From the NCBI GenBank assembly GCA_035504095.1, contig DATJSN010000070.1, forward strand, positions 12,248 through 76,247: a stretch of 64,000 bases of DNA, read 5' to 3'. The translations under genes were made by a program, and so were the position numbers. Each line of letters starts with the position of its first letter. Position 1 is the stretch's first letter. The notes under the pieces are model-generated. The model was not told the DNA's origin. It was given only the letters and a program-made list of their open reading frames with translations, and ran no database searches. Positions 35,828 through 44,040 of the stretch are shown here, piece after piece. Source of the stretch: Phycisphaerae bacterium. Lineage in GTDB: Bacteria > Planctomycetota > Phycisphaerae > WQYP01.

Positions 35828-36191
35828 GAATACGCCAAACAAAATTCCGTCCTTAACCATTGATCCACAATGGGAGGTTTCGCCGCAAAAAGCGAGGGAA
35901 CTGCTTCAAAGCGGCCAACCTTTTTTACTGCTTGACGTTCGCCGTCCGAATGAATGGCAAACTGCGCGAATCGACGGCGCCAAACTGATTCCAATGGACC
36001 AGTTAACCGGCCGGCTAGATGAGCTAAGCCAATGGCGCGAAGCCCCGGTTGTCGTCCATTGCCATCATGGCATACGTTCACGCAAGGCGACGGAGTGGCT
36101 CCGGCAGGCGGGTTTTAAAAACGTCTATTCCATGGCCGGCGGCATCGAGGCCTGGAGCATGCTCATTGACCCCACTGTGCCGCGCTATTAA
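35826..36191 (+). CDS. Single-domain rhodanese (sulfurtransferase)
   Basis: 121 aa with LLDVRRPNEWQTARIDGAKLIP and active-site loop VVHCHHGIRSRKA, then GFKNVYSMAGGIEAWS. Confidence 0.85.
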   Translation: MNTPNKIPSLTIDPQWEVSPQKARELLQSGQPFLLLDVRRPNEWQTARIDGAKLIPMDQLTGRLDELSQWREAPVVVHCHHGIRSRKATEWLRQAGFKNVYSMAGGIEAWSMLIDPTVPRY

Positions 36192-36200
36192 GAACAAAAT

Positions 36201-39200
36201 TTATTGTTTCAAAAGACTTTCCACGGTGGTTTGGATTCGGGTGATGTCGTAATCCGTAATGATAATGCGTCCGTCGGGTCCAATCAGGCAATACCAAGGC
36301 ATCCCCTGCACTTTATATTGATCCATAATCGGTGTTTTTCTCTGTATCCACGGCCCGACGTAGCCCTGAAGCCAGGATAACCCGTTTTTCGCCGCATAAT
36401 CCTGCGCAGGCTGAGGGGTGTCGTCGACATCCAAGCCAATCATCACAAAATTGCTGTTGGAACTGAGGGTTTTATACATTGATTTAATCGTGGGTATCTG
36501 AGTGAGGCAATACGGATCAAAAGTTCCCCACACAAACAAAAGCACGTATTTGCCGCGAAAGTCAGAAAGTTTCAGAGTCCCGCCGTCAAGCGTTTTGACT
36601 GAAAAATCAGGTGCGACCTCTCCGGAATTCAGACTCGGTGAGACGTTGTAATATTGCGAAGTTTTTAGCTGGATCGTTGGTACAACCAGAACTTCGTCAC
36701 TTACTCCTCCGGGAATCGCGGGCATTGTAAACTGGGCTTCTCCGGCGGCAGGCACTTCATTATTTGGGGTCCTCATTTGGATGGCAATGCTGTATGTTCC
36801 CGGAAGAACACCGTGAATAATAAAGTAACCATCCGAACGGACATTTATCTCATAACTAACGATAAATCTAGGTTGTTGGTAATAATTGTTTTGCGCGGCA
36901 ATAAAAGCTTTTCCCGCCGGTGATTTACGAAAAGCATCGAACCATAGGAATCGCTTCTCAACCGATCCATTTTTAACATCGGGAGGCATTGGCGGCATTT
37001 GCAATCGTGGTGGTTCATCTGTTGTTGTCTCCACCTGGCCATCCAAATAATATGCCTCGGTCTGCGAAGATAAATCCGACGGCAATAGCACGTGACCGAC
37101 TACCGTTCGCCCCATTCCGCCCAGGTTTACATCAGTGATTTGGCCAGCCTTTATTTGCACCGTCTGTTGCGGAAAGGAAGGAGAAACTCCCATGTCGTAG
37201 CCATAGGACTCTTGTGTTGCAATCGCCAGGCAAACCAGCCATTTCCCGGGCGGCACATAGTCGATTGCAAATCGTCCATTGTCGTCCGTTTTAATATCAC
37301 TGTATCTGAATGACCGATAGATATCAGCATTTGGATCATGCGGATCAATCGCAAAATAAATGGATTTCTCCGAAACAGAATCATTGCCGAGAACAAGACT
37401 GCCCTTGATCACACCCCACGGCTGAAGCTCAATAATCGAAGATTTTTCCAGATCGTCGCGATCGACAATAGTGACGCCGGAAGAATCGAAAACCAGAATC
37501 TTGAAAGCCCCTATTTGCGGCGGAAAATCGATAGATCCGGCATTGGAAGCAATTACCGGCGGATAAGTTGCGGCGTATGGCGCATTGCTCGGCGCAAGCT
37601 TATTGGTAACATCAACATTAATCATGGCCCACAATGGTTGTCCATCGGCAAAAACCAGGTGAGCTTCGGCTCCCACGGCGGGTGTTCCATCGGGATTAAG
37701 GACTGTTGCGGTTACATCTTTGCCCGGAGTCAATTTTAGAATCAGGGGCGCATTAGAATTGATATTGGATAGGGAATAAACTTTCGATACCGCAGGTAAG
37801 TAACCATTTGCTTGAATACAAATCTCGAAATCGCTGTTGCTGGGTTCGTATGGGCCCGAAATTTCTGGATAATCAAAATGTCCGCCGGGATAAGTCTTTA
37901 CTTCTCGGTTAAACCAGTTCCAGCCAATTTGTGAGCCATTAGGGTATTTATAGCCAATGGCGAAAAAGAATTTTACGACGGGCTTCCCTGTCGTTGCGTC
38001 GATGACCGTTCCACGAATATGTTGTACTTGCTGGGACTGGAGGGTGATAACGACCGGATGATCCGGTGTCAAAGCAACTTCCTGGATGAAACCATAGCCC
38101 TGAGCTTGTACCTGGGCATAGATGGTGTCAGCCGGTGCAACGGGCCAATCAAAATGACCGTCGGAGTCAGTAAGAAAATATTTAGTTGAGGCAGGAAGCG
38201 TATAAAAGCCACGCCACCTCAGCATGTGAATCCATGCGTTAGGTATCGGTTTGCCATGTTCATCGACTACTGTGCCGGAGATGTCATGCGGGGGTTGGAG
38301 ATTGAAAATCAGTGCCGGGGGCGATTGTTGACCCATGATAAATTGCTGAAGTTCCGGGGCGTAACCTTTGGCCTGAACGGTAACCACCACCTGTTGGCCC
38401 GCAGCGGCTGCAAAGGAAAATTCACCGCTGCGATCGGTCCGTTCAGGCGGAACTGTAGCGTTGCTTCCATAACGAGCTGCTCCCAGCGTAATTTGTGCAT
38501 TTCTGACGGGTTTGCCGTCAGGATTGAGTACTGATCCGAGAACGGATATGCCGCTCTGAAGCGTAAGTGTGTCAGAGCCGTTAAGAAGTTCGGAAACCGG
38601 CGTCGGTTCGAGGTCAAAGACCGCACCGGTGACATAATCATAATCCCACGCGCCGATAGCCACTCGTTTCATCGAAGCGGGAGCGCTGTCGTACGTCCAT
38701 ACGCCGTCATCGCCCGTGATGACGGTGGCGGTGTTCTCGAATCCCTCATTGGGATTTTGAACCACGTCTTCAAACCGTATAACGACGTGGGCGCCGGCTA
38801 CGGGATTGCCAGTATCATCGACGACTTTGCCAGATAATTTCTCACCCAGATCCAGCGCGACGGTATTAGTGGAGGGTATATGCCCGACATCCCAATAAAC
38901 GCTTTTCGCGACCCATCCATCATCGGAAATATTCAACATGAGCAAATGAAGCGATTGCGCCGGCAACGGAACAATTACATGGCCGTCCGGGCCGGTCAAA
39001 AGTTCTGGTTGTCTGCGATTATCAAACACGGGAAGAACCGCTGCACCGGCCAGCGGCTTTTGGGTGGATGAATCAATTACTAATAGATCAACTTGAGACG
39101 GATTTTGAGGTGTCGAATCGGCTAGCGCTACCGGCGTGCTAATCCAGATGCAAAAGGCAAGTAGCAGATAAACAAATAACCGAACGCAATAAAGTTGCTT

Positions 39201-39272
39201 TATCACCACTCCGATTCTCCACCATATAAAGATGTGATGAATTATCGCAGGCCGGACCAATATTCGCCACAA
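36201..39272 (-). CDS. Large exported protein: multiple CarboxypepD_reg-like beta-sandwich domains + C-terminal TlpA/thioredoxin-like fold
   Basis: 1023 aa with an N-terminal hydrophobic signal/anchor (...LLLAFCIWISTPVALA). At least 5 GxVxDxxGxPVxxAxV units are present (GKVVDDTGNPVAGAHVVI, GSVLNPDGKPVRNAQITL, GTVVDEHGKPIPNAWIHM and others). The C-terminal APDFSVKTLDGGTLKLSDFRGKYVLLFVWGTFDPYC...MPWYCLIGPDGRI is TlpA-like, but WCxxC is replaced by FDPYC. Confidence 0.7.
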   Translation of the reverse strand: MWRILVRPAIIHHIFIWWRIGVVIKQLYCVRLFVYLLLAFCIWISTPVALADSTPQNPSQVDLLVIDSSTQKPLAGAAVLPVFDNRRQPELLTGPDGHVIVPLPAQSLHLLMLNISDDGWVAKSVYWDVGHIPSTNTVALDLGEKLSGKVVDDTGNPVAGAHVVIRFEDVVQNPNEGFENTATVITGDDGVWTYDSAPASMKRVAIGAWDYDYVTGAVFDLEPTPVSELLNGSDTLTLQSGISVLGSVLNPDGKPVRNAQITLGAARYGSNATVPPERTDRSGEFSFAAAAGQQVVVTVQAKGYAPELQQFIMGQQSPPALIFNLQPPHDISGTVVDEHGKPIPNAWIHMLRWRGFYTLPASTKYFLTDSDGHFDWPVAPADTIYAQVQAQGYGFIQEVALTPDHPVVITLQSQQVQHIRGTVIDATTGKPVVKFFFAIGYKYPNGSQIGWNWFNREVKTYPGGHFDYPEISGPYEPSNSDFEICIQANGYLPAVSKVYSLSNINSNAPLILKLTPGKDVTATVLNPDGTPAVGAEAHLVFADGQPLWAMINVDVTNKLAPSNAPYAATYPPVIASNAGSIDFPPQIGAFKILVFDSSGVTIVDRDDLEKSSIIELQPWGVIKGSLVLGNDSVSEKSIYFAIDPHDPNADIYRSFRYSDIKTDDNGRFAIDYVPPGKWLVCLAIATQESYGYDMGVSPSFPQQTVQIKAGQITDVNLGGMGRTVVGHVLLPSDLSSQTEAYYLDGQVETTTDEPPRLQMPPMPPDVKNGSVEKRFLWFDAFRKSPAGKAFIAAQNNYYQQPRFIVSYEINVRSDGYFIIHGVLPGTYSIAIQMRTPNNEVPAAGEAQFTMPAIPGGVSDEVLVVPTIQLKTSQYYNVSPSLNSGEVAPDFSVKTLDGGTLKLSDFRGKYVLLFVWGTFDPYCLTQIPTIKSMYKTLSSNSNFVMIGLDVDDTPQPAQDYAAKNGLSWLQGYVGPWIQRKTPIMDQYKVQGMPWYCLIGPDGRIIITDYDITRIQTTVESLLKQ

Positions 39273-39311
39273 TAAAATATAAAAGGTTCTTATTAAATTA
39301 TGAAATGGGTT

Positions 39312-40277
39312 CTAATCATTCGGGCGCAAATAAAACCGTCCGTTGCCCTGCGCGGCTAACCCATATGTTTCCGCCGCTGCCGCCAGCGGACGCGCTTCTC
39401 CCAAATTTACTTTGAATGCGCCTGATTCAAATCCAAACCGCATCTGCTCCAACAGTTTGGCGGAGACCACCACGTTAAGCGCACGCGTATCCACGCCGAT
39501 GACTTGCAGTTCCTTGCGATAAATACTTCGCAGATTAAAGGTTGCCTTACCGTCGGCAGGTGCGGAAATAACCACCAATCGACCCGCAAACGCCGCTGCT
39601 TCAACACCCTCGGCGAACATCACGCCACTGGTGTCAAGAATCACGCTAGCGCCGACGTTTTTTGTCATCGACCCGACCGTTTGGATCAAATCCCCGGTTT
39701 TGCTGTTGATCGTTTCATCGGCGCCGTTTGCGCGTACATGTGCGGCGTCTTCATCGGAAAGAATTGCGCCGATGACCCGAGCTCCGCGCGCTTTGGCGAT
39801 TTGCACTGCCGCGGAACCAACTCCGCCACCAGCGCCGATAATCAGCACCGTGTCATCCGGAGATGTATTTGCCGCGCTGACCAAAGTGCTCCACGCGGTT
39901 ACAAAAGTTACACCAGCCGATCCTGCGGCATCCATCGAAAGCTTCACAGGCTTGATCGTTAATGCGGCCGCAGGCAAAAGAATGAACTGAGCGTGTGAAC
40001 CATCCCTGGTAAAACCGATGTCGCCGCCGGTCCCGAAGACCTCTTTGCCTACCATATCGGCAGGTCCCTTGACCACAACTCCTGCAAAATCCCGCCCGGG
40101 AATCCGCGGCAACGTTGTGCCATGCATGACGCCTTGCACATTTTTTACATCGCTGGGATTAATGGCCGCCGCTTTTACCTCTACTAGCGCTTCGCCGTCG
40201 CGCGGTTCAGGCGTGGGAACTTCCTCAACTTTGAGCAGCCTGGGATCACCAAACTGCCGAATGACAACAGCTTGCAT
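39312..40277 (-). CDS. MDR-family NAD(P)H:quinone oxidoreductase / zinc-type alcohol dehydrogenase-like
   Basis: 321 aa with MQAVVIRQFGDP..LKVEEVPTPEP..GEALVEVKAAAINPSD and GAGGGVGSAAVQIAK. Confidence 0.8.
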   Translation of the reverse strand: MQAVVIRQFGDPRLLKVEEVPTPEPRDGEALVEVKAAAINPSDVKNVQGVMHGTTLPRIPGRDFAGVVVKGPADMVGKEVFGTGGDIGFTRDGSHAQFILLPAAALTIKPVKLSMDAAGSAGVTFVTAWSTLVSAANTSPDDTVLIIGAGGGVGSAAVQIAKARGARVIGAILSDEDAAHVRANGADETINSKTGDLIQTVGSMTKNVGASVILDTSGVMFAEGVEAAAFAGRLVVISAPADGKATFNLRSIYRKELQVIGVDTRALNVVVSAKLLEQMRFGFESGAFKVNLGEARPLAAAAETYGLAAQGNGRFYLRPND

Positions 40278-40326
40278 CGAATTCCCTTTCCCTGGTCCGT
40301 ATCAAATGAATTAAGAGCCTCTAAGT

Positions 40327-41286
40327 TTATTGGCCAGGAACCGGCAAGCGCACCGGCGGTACGGCGCGCTGAATTTCAGTTCGATATTCTTCCAGCCACG
40401 GCGGCAACTTAAGCCCGGAGCCCAGTTTCTCCGCCGGCTCGTCCATGGTAAAGCCTGGGTTATCTGTTGCGATTTCAAAAAGCACGCCGCCCGGTTCGCG
40501 ATAGTAAATCGAATGAAAATAGACGCGATCCATCACAGGCGAAACGTTCAACATTAACTGTGCGATCTTGTTGCGCCAGGCCGCCTGCTGTGAATCGTCC
40601 GGCGTTCGGAACGCTACGTGGTGAACCACGCCTGCGCCCATGTTGCCGTGCCGCGCATCCGGCACGCAAAGTAAATCGACGATTGTCCCTGCTGCGTCGC
40701 CTGCAGCGCGGTAGCGAAAACGATTCTGCTCGCTGCCCGCAGCTTTAAATCCCATGGTTTCGGTTAAAAGCTTCGCCGTGTTTTCGTATCCTTCTTCAGA
40801 AATTGTCACGCCATGAAAACCGCGAATGCTATGTTCCGCCGGAACCGGGCCTGCCCGCCATGGTTCGCCCTTCGGCGCTGTTACGCCGATAAGCTCCAGG
40901 CTCATGCCGTCCGGATCGGCAAAACTTAAAACACGTTCGCCGAACCGGTCTGTGCTCGACTGCGCCTGGATGGAATGTTCCTTTAACCGCCCCAGCCAGT
41001 AATCCACCGCGCCCGCGGGGACTGCAAACGCCGTGACGCTTACCTGCGGAGGACCGATTCGTCCGCGATATGCGCCGGGCCACGCGAAAAAAGTCAGAAT
41101 GGTCCCCGGCCTTCCCAGTTCATCGCCGTAATAAAGATGGTAGCTGCTGGGATCGTCAAAATTTACCGTTAGTTTCACCAGGCGCAACCCCAGAACGCCG
41201 TAATAAAAGTCGATATTTTTTTGTGCGTCCGCGGTGATCGCGGTAACGTGATGAATGCCGGAAATGGCTTCGTTCTGAATACTCAT
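40327..41286 (-). CDS. Ring-cleaving dioxygenase, VOC/glyoxalase superfamily (MhqA/MhqO-like)
   Basis: 319 aa. GIHHVTAITADAQKNIDFYYGVLGLRLVKLTVNFDDPSSYHLYYGD and a second VOC module (FHGVT..., VHHVAFR) match the two-module hydroquinone-type dioxygenase family. Confidence 0.75.
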   Translation of the reverse strand: MSIQNEAISGIHHVTAITADAQKNIDFYYGVLGLRLVKLTVNFDDPSSYHLYYGDELGRPGTILTFFAWPGAYRGRIGPPQVSVTAFAVPAGAVDYWLGRLKEHSIQAQSSTDRFGERVLSFADPDGMSLELIGVTAPKGEPWRAGPVPAEHSIRGFHGVTISEEGYENTAKLLTETMGFKAAGSEQNRFRYRAAGDAAGTIVDLLCVPDARHGNMGAGVVHHVAFRTPDDSQQAAWRNKIAQLMLNVSPVMDRVYFHSIYYREPGGVLFEIATDNPGFTMDEPAEKLGSGLKLPPWLEEYRTEIQRAVPPVRLPVPGQ

Positions 41287-41310
41287 GATGCTCCTCTGCG
41301 GTTTTTAATC

Positions 41311-42009
41311 TTATTTGTTTCGCGACTTTTGTTCTTTACGCGAGCCGATGGCTCGTTGCAATAGCGCCCGGCACGCATCCAGTTCATCGTCGCTGATGGT
41401 ATGCGGCATTCCCGGATAACGGCGAAGTTCAACCTGTGCGCCCATGCCGCTCAGCACAGCCTTGGTTTCTTTTACACGTTCAAAAGGAACGTGCGGATCA
41501 GGATCACTTGTGCCGAGGAAAACTTCAACGCCCGCAAGCGAACCCGAATAATTTCTTGGCGTTCCGGGAGGTCCAATCAACCCACCGGTCAATCCCATGA
41601 CCGCGCCGTAGCGGCGCGGATGCCTGGCGGTAAATTCCGTCGTCAGGCATGCGCCTTGCGAAAAACCCAACAGAGCAATCCGCTCGCTGGCGATTCCCCG
41701 GTCCAGCAAATCCTTAACCAGCGACTCAACTCGACCCAGCGCTGAATCCAGATATGGCTGATTCGTTTCCAACGGGGCTAAAAAAGAGTTGGGGTACCAG
41801 GTATATCCCGCCGCCTGAGGCGCAATCGCAGTAACCGTTTCCAATCCCAGTCCTTCATATAAGGACAACATGTCCTGCGCTGCCGCACCCCTGCCATGCA
41901 AAAGCAGTAAAACCAGGTCGGAATTTTCCGCCGGCGGACCGGCGGTATAAACGGGTTGCCCGGCGTGCGGGTCAGCCGCGCCGCTAAATCTTTGTCGGGA
42001 ATCGGCCAT
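41311..42009 (-). CDS. Phospholipase/carboxylesterase-family alpha/beta hydrolase (MhqD-like)
   Basis: 232 aa with LLLLHGRGAAAQDM, nucleophile elbow LLGFSQGACL, and distal D/H residues (GTSDPDPHVP, MPHTIS). Confidence 0.75.
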   Translation of the reverse strand: MADSRQRFSGAADPHAGQPVYTAGPPAENSDLVLLLLHGRGAAAQDMLSLYEGLGLETVTAIAPQAAGYTWYPNSFLAPLETNQPYLDSALGRVESLVKDLLDRGIASERIALLGFSQGACLTTEFTARHPRRYGAVMGLTGGLIGPPGTPRNYSGSLAGVEVFLGTSDPDPHVPFERVKETKAVLSGMGAQVELRRYPGMPHTISDDELDACRALLQRAIGSRKEQKSRNK

Positions 42010-42212
42010 TAAAGGCCCTTTATAAAGGCAATTAGGTCTTCATTCACCTGGTCTTTGTGCGTCGTGCACATGCCGTGCGGCGCGAGAAAAAACATCTGGT
42101 CTTCAAATGTGTCCGCGCTGAACGGCCAGCCGTGGCTGAAAACCACGGGTTGTCCACTGCCCCAGTCTTTAAAATAAATCTGTGTGCCGTCTTTAGCCGT
42201 AATTTCGAGTAT
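42009..42212 (-). pseudogene. Internally deleted non-haem chloroperoxidase / aryl-esterase-like alpha/beta hydrolase relic
   Basis: Hand translation gives [43 protein letters not shown]|[24 protein letters not shown]. The N-terminal ~43 aa are fused in frame to the last ~24 aa of this hydrolase family. The Ser nucleophile region (~200 aa) is missing. ATA occupies the expected start position. The stop overlaps the ATG of 41311-42009 (TAATG). Confidence 0.65.
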
Positions 42213-42351
42213 GTTCGGTCTCTTTAAAAATTCTTGATACAGTTAACTATAGGCACATCATATAAAGTGTGCTGATCTGTGAAAAACCCGGCTTATTTTA
42301 TTAGAGGATAGATGGCATACAATACTATGTGATTATAAGGAACCTTTTGGT

Positions 42352-44040
42352 ATGACCGACACCGTGACATCTTCCAATCCCATCGCTTTTCCACATCTTG
42401 AGGCGAAGGAAATCGAATCGCTCCGTCCGCTGGCCGAATCCTGCGCGTTCGAAGACGGCCAGACCGTTTTCAGCGCCGGTAGCGCAGAACTGGATTTATT
42501 CGTAGTCGAATCCGGCAGTATTGAAATTTTAAATCCCGCCGACGACCATCGGCACGTTGTCACGCATACCGCGGGACAATTCGCCGGCGACATCGATCTG
42601 CTCACGGGCCGACCTGTGAATGTGGACGGCGTAGCTCGTGGTCAGACGCGGCTCCTGCGCGTTCATCACGAGCGGTTGCGCGAGATGTTAACCAAAGTCC
42701 CGCTGTTGAGTGAAAAACTTCTGACCGCGATCCAGGAGCGCAGGCGTCTTCTTTCCCAGACAGGCGCCGTTGGGCTCCGCGTGGTGGGCCCCGGCAAATG
42801 CCGCGACACCATGCTGGTGCGCGAATTCCTGTTTAAAAATTTTGTCCCGTTCACCTGGTTTGATTCAACGTCGGAGCAGGGACAAAAACTCATGATGCAA
42901 TGGGGATCGCCAAAAAAATCACCTGTCGTTGAATTACGCACGGGCAAACTGCTCTTTAACCCCGGCCTCCGCGAATTGGCGCAAAGCGCCAGCATATGGC
43001 GCGCTTGTCCGACAGACACCGTGGACCTTGCGGTTATAGGCGCCGGCCCCGCGGGAATGACCGCCGCCGTTTACGCCGCCTCGGAAGGCGTTTCCACCGT
43101 CGTACTCGACCGGCTTGGTCCTGGAGGTCAGGCCTCGGGATCATCCAAAATTGAAAATTTCATTGGCTTTCCCAGCGGGCTTTCCGGCACCGAACTCGCC
43201 ACGCGCAGCGTTCTTCAAATGCTTAAGTTCGGCGCCCGGATGGTCGCCCCGGTAATCGTCGAACATATTGAACCTGGCGCGAACCCGGACGATCTGCTGG
43301 GACTCAAGCTTGACTGTGGAGCTACTATTCGCGCCCGCACCGTGCTCATCGCGGCAGGCGTGCGCTGGCGGAAACTTGACGCCCCGGGCGCCGACCGGTT
43401 TGAAGAAGCGGGGATTCACTACGCCTGCACGACCGTGGAAACGATTCTCTATGATAATCAGGACGTCGCGGTTGTGGGCGCGGGCAACTCCGCCGGACAG
43501 GCCGCGATGTTCCTCGCCGAATGTTGCCGCGACCGCACCGTTCACATGCTGATTCGCAGGCGACTTGGGCCGGGAATGTCCGATTATCTGGTCAACCGCA
43601 TACGCTCCGCGCGCAATATTGTGCTCCATGAAGGGGTGGAAGTCGCCTCCGCACAGGGCGATCGCCGTCTGGAAAGCGTAACGCTGCGCGAATTTAATCC
43701 GGATGATCCTCTAAGTGCTACCCAGAGCAAACCCATCGCGCGCGAAACGCTGCCGGTTGGTGCCGTGTTTGTCTTTATCGGCGCCGAGCCGGGCTGTGCG
43801 TGGCTGCCGGAAACCGTCGCCCGCGACAGCCTGGGCTACATTCTCACCGGCGTCGACGCCAAGCATTCCGGCCGCTGGCCGCTCAAGGATCGCGAACCGT
43901 GCCCGCTGGAAACCACCACCCCGCGGATTCTCGCCGCCGGCGACATCCGCGCCGGTTCCACTAAGCGCGTCGGCTTTGCCGTTGGCGACGGCTCGCTGGC
44001 CGTCACCTGCGTTCACAAATTAACCGCTATTCGGAATTGA
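42352..44040 (+). CDS. cNMP-binding domain + Grx-like linker + TrxR-fold FAD/NAD(P)H flavoprotein (no CxxC)
   Basis: 562 aa. It has an N-terminal cyclic-nucleotide-binding fold (GQFAGDIDLLTGRP...ARGQTRLLRV) and a central alpha/beta linker (REFLFKNFVPFTWFD). The TrxR-like part has VIGAGPAGMTAAVYAASEG and VVGAGNSAGQAAMFL. The CATC position reads ACTTVE. Confidence 0.8.
   Translation: MTDTVTSSNPIAFPHLEAKEIESLRPLAESCAFEDGQTVFSAGSAELDLFVVESGSIEILNPADDHRHVVTHTAGQFAGDIDLLTGRPVNVDGVARGQTRLLRVHHERLREMLTKVPLLSEKLLTAIQERRRLLSQTGAVGLRVVGPGKCRDTMLVREFLFKNFVPFTWFDSTSEQGQKLMMQWGSPKKSPVVELRTGKLLFNPGLRELAQSASIWRACPTDTVDLAVIGAGPAGMTAAVYAASEGVSTVVLDRLGPGGQASGSSKIENFIGFPSGLSGTELATRSVLQMLKFGARMVAPVIVEHIEPGANPDDLLGLKLDCGATIRARTVLIAAGVRWRKLDAPGADRFEEAGIHYACTTVETILYDNQDVAVVGAGNSAGQAAMFLAECCRDRTVHMLIRRRLGPGMSDYLVNRIRSARNIVLHEGVEVASAQGDRRLESVTLREFNPDDPLSATQSKPIARETLPVGAVFVFIGAEPGCAWLPETVARDSLGYILTGVDAKHSGRWPLKDREPCPLETTTPRILAAGDIRAGSTKRVGFAVGDGSLAVTCVHKLTAIRN

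Noticed and set aside
35764-36081. 105-aa minus-strand ORF opposite the rhodanese gene, a possible link between the giant gene and JAMM.
   Set aside because: The rhodanese frame has a complete active-site loop and fold motifs, while the antisense ORF has none.
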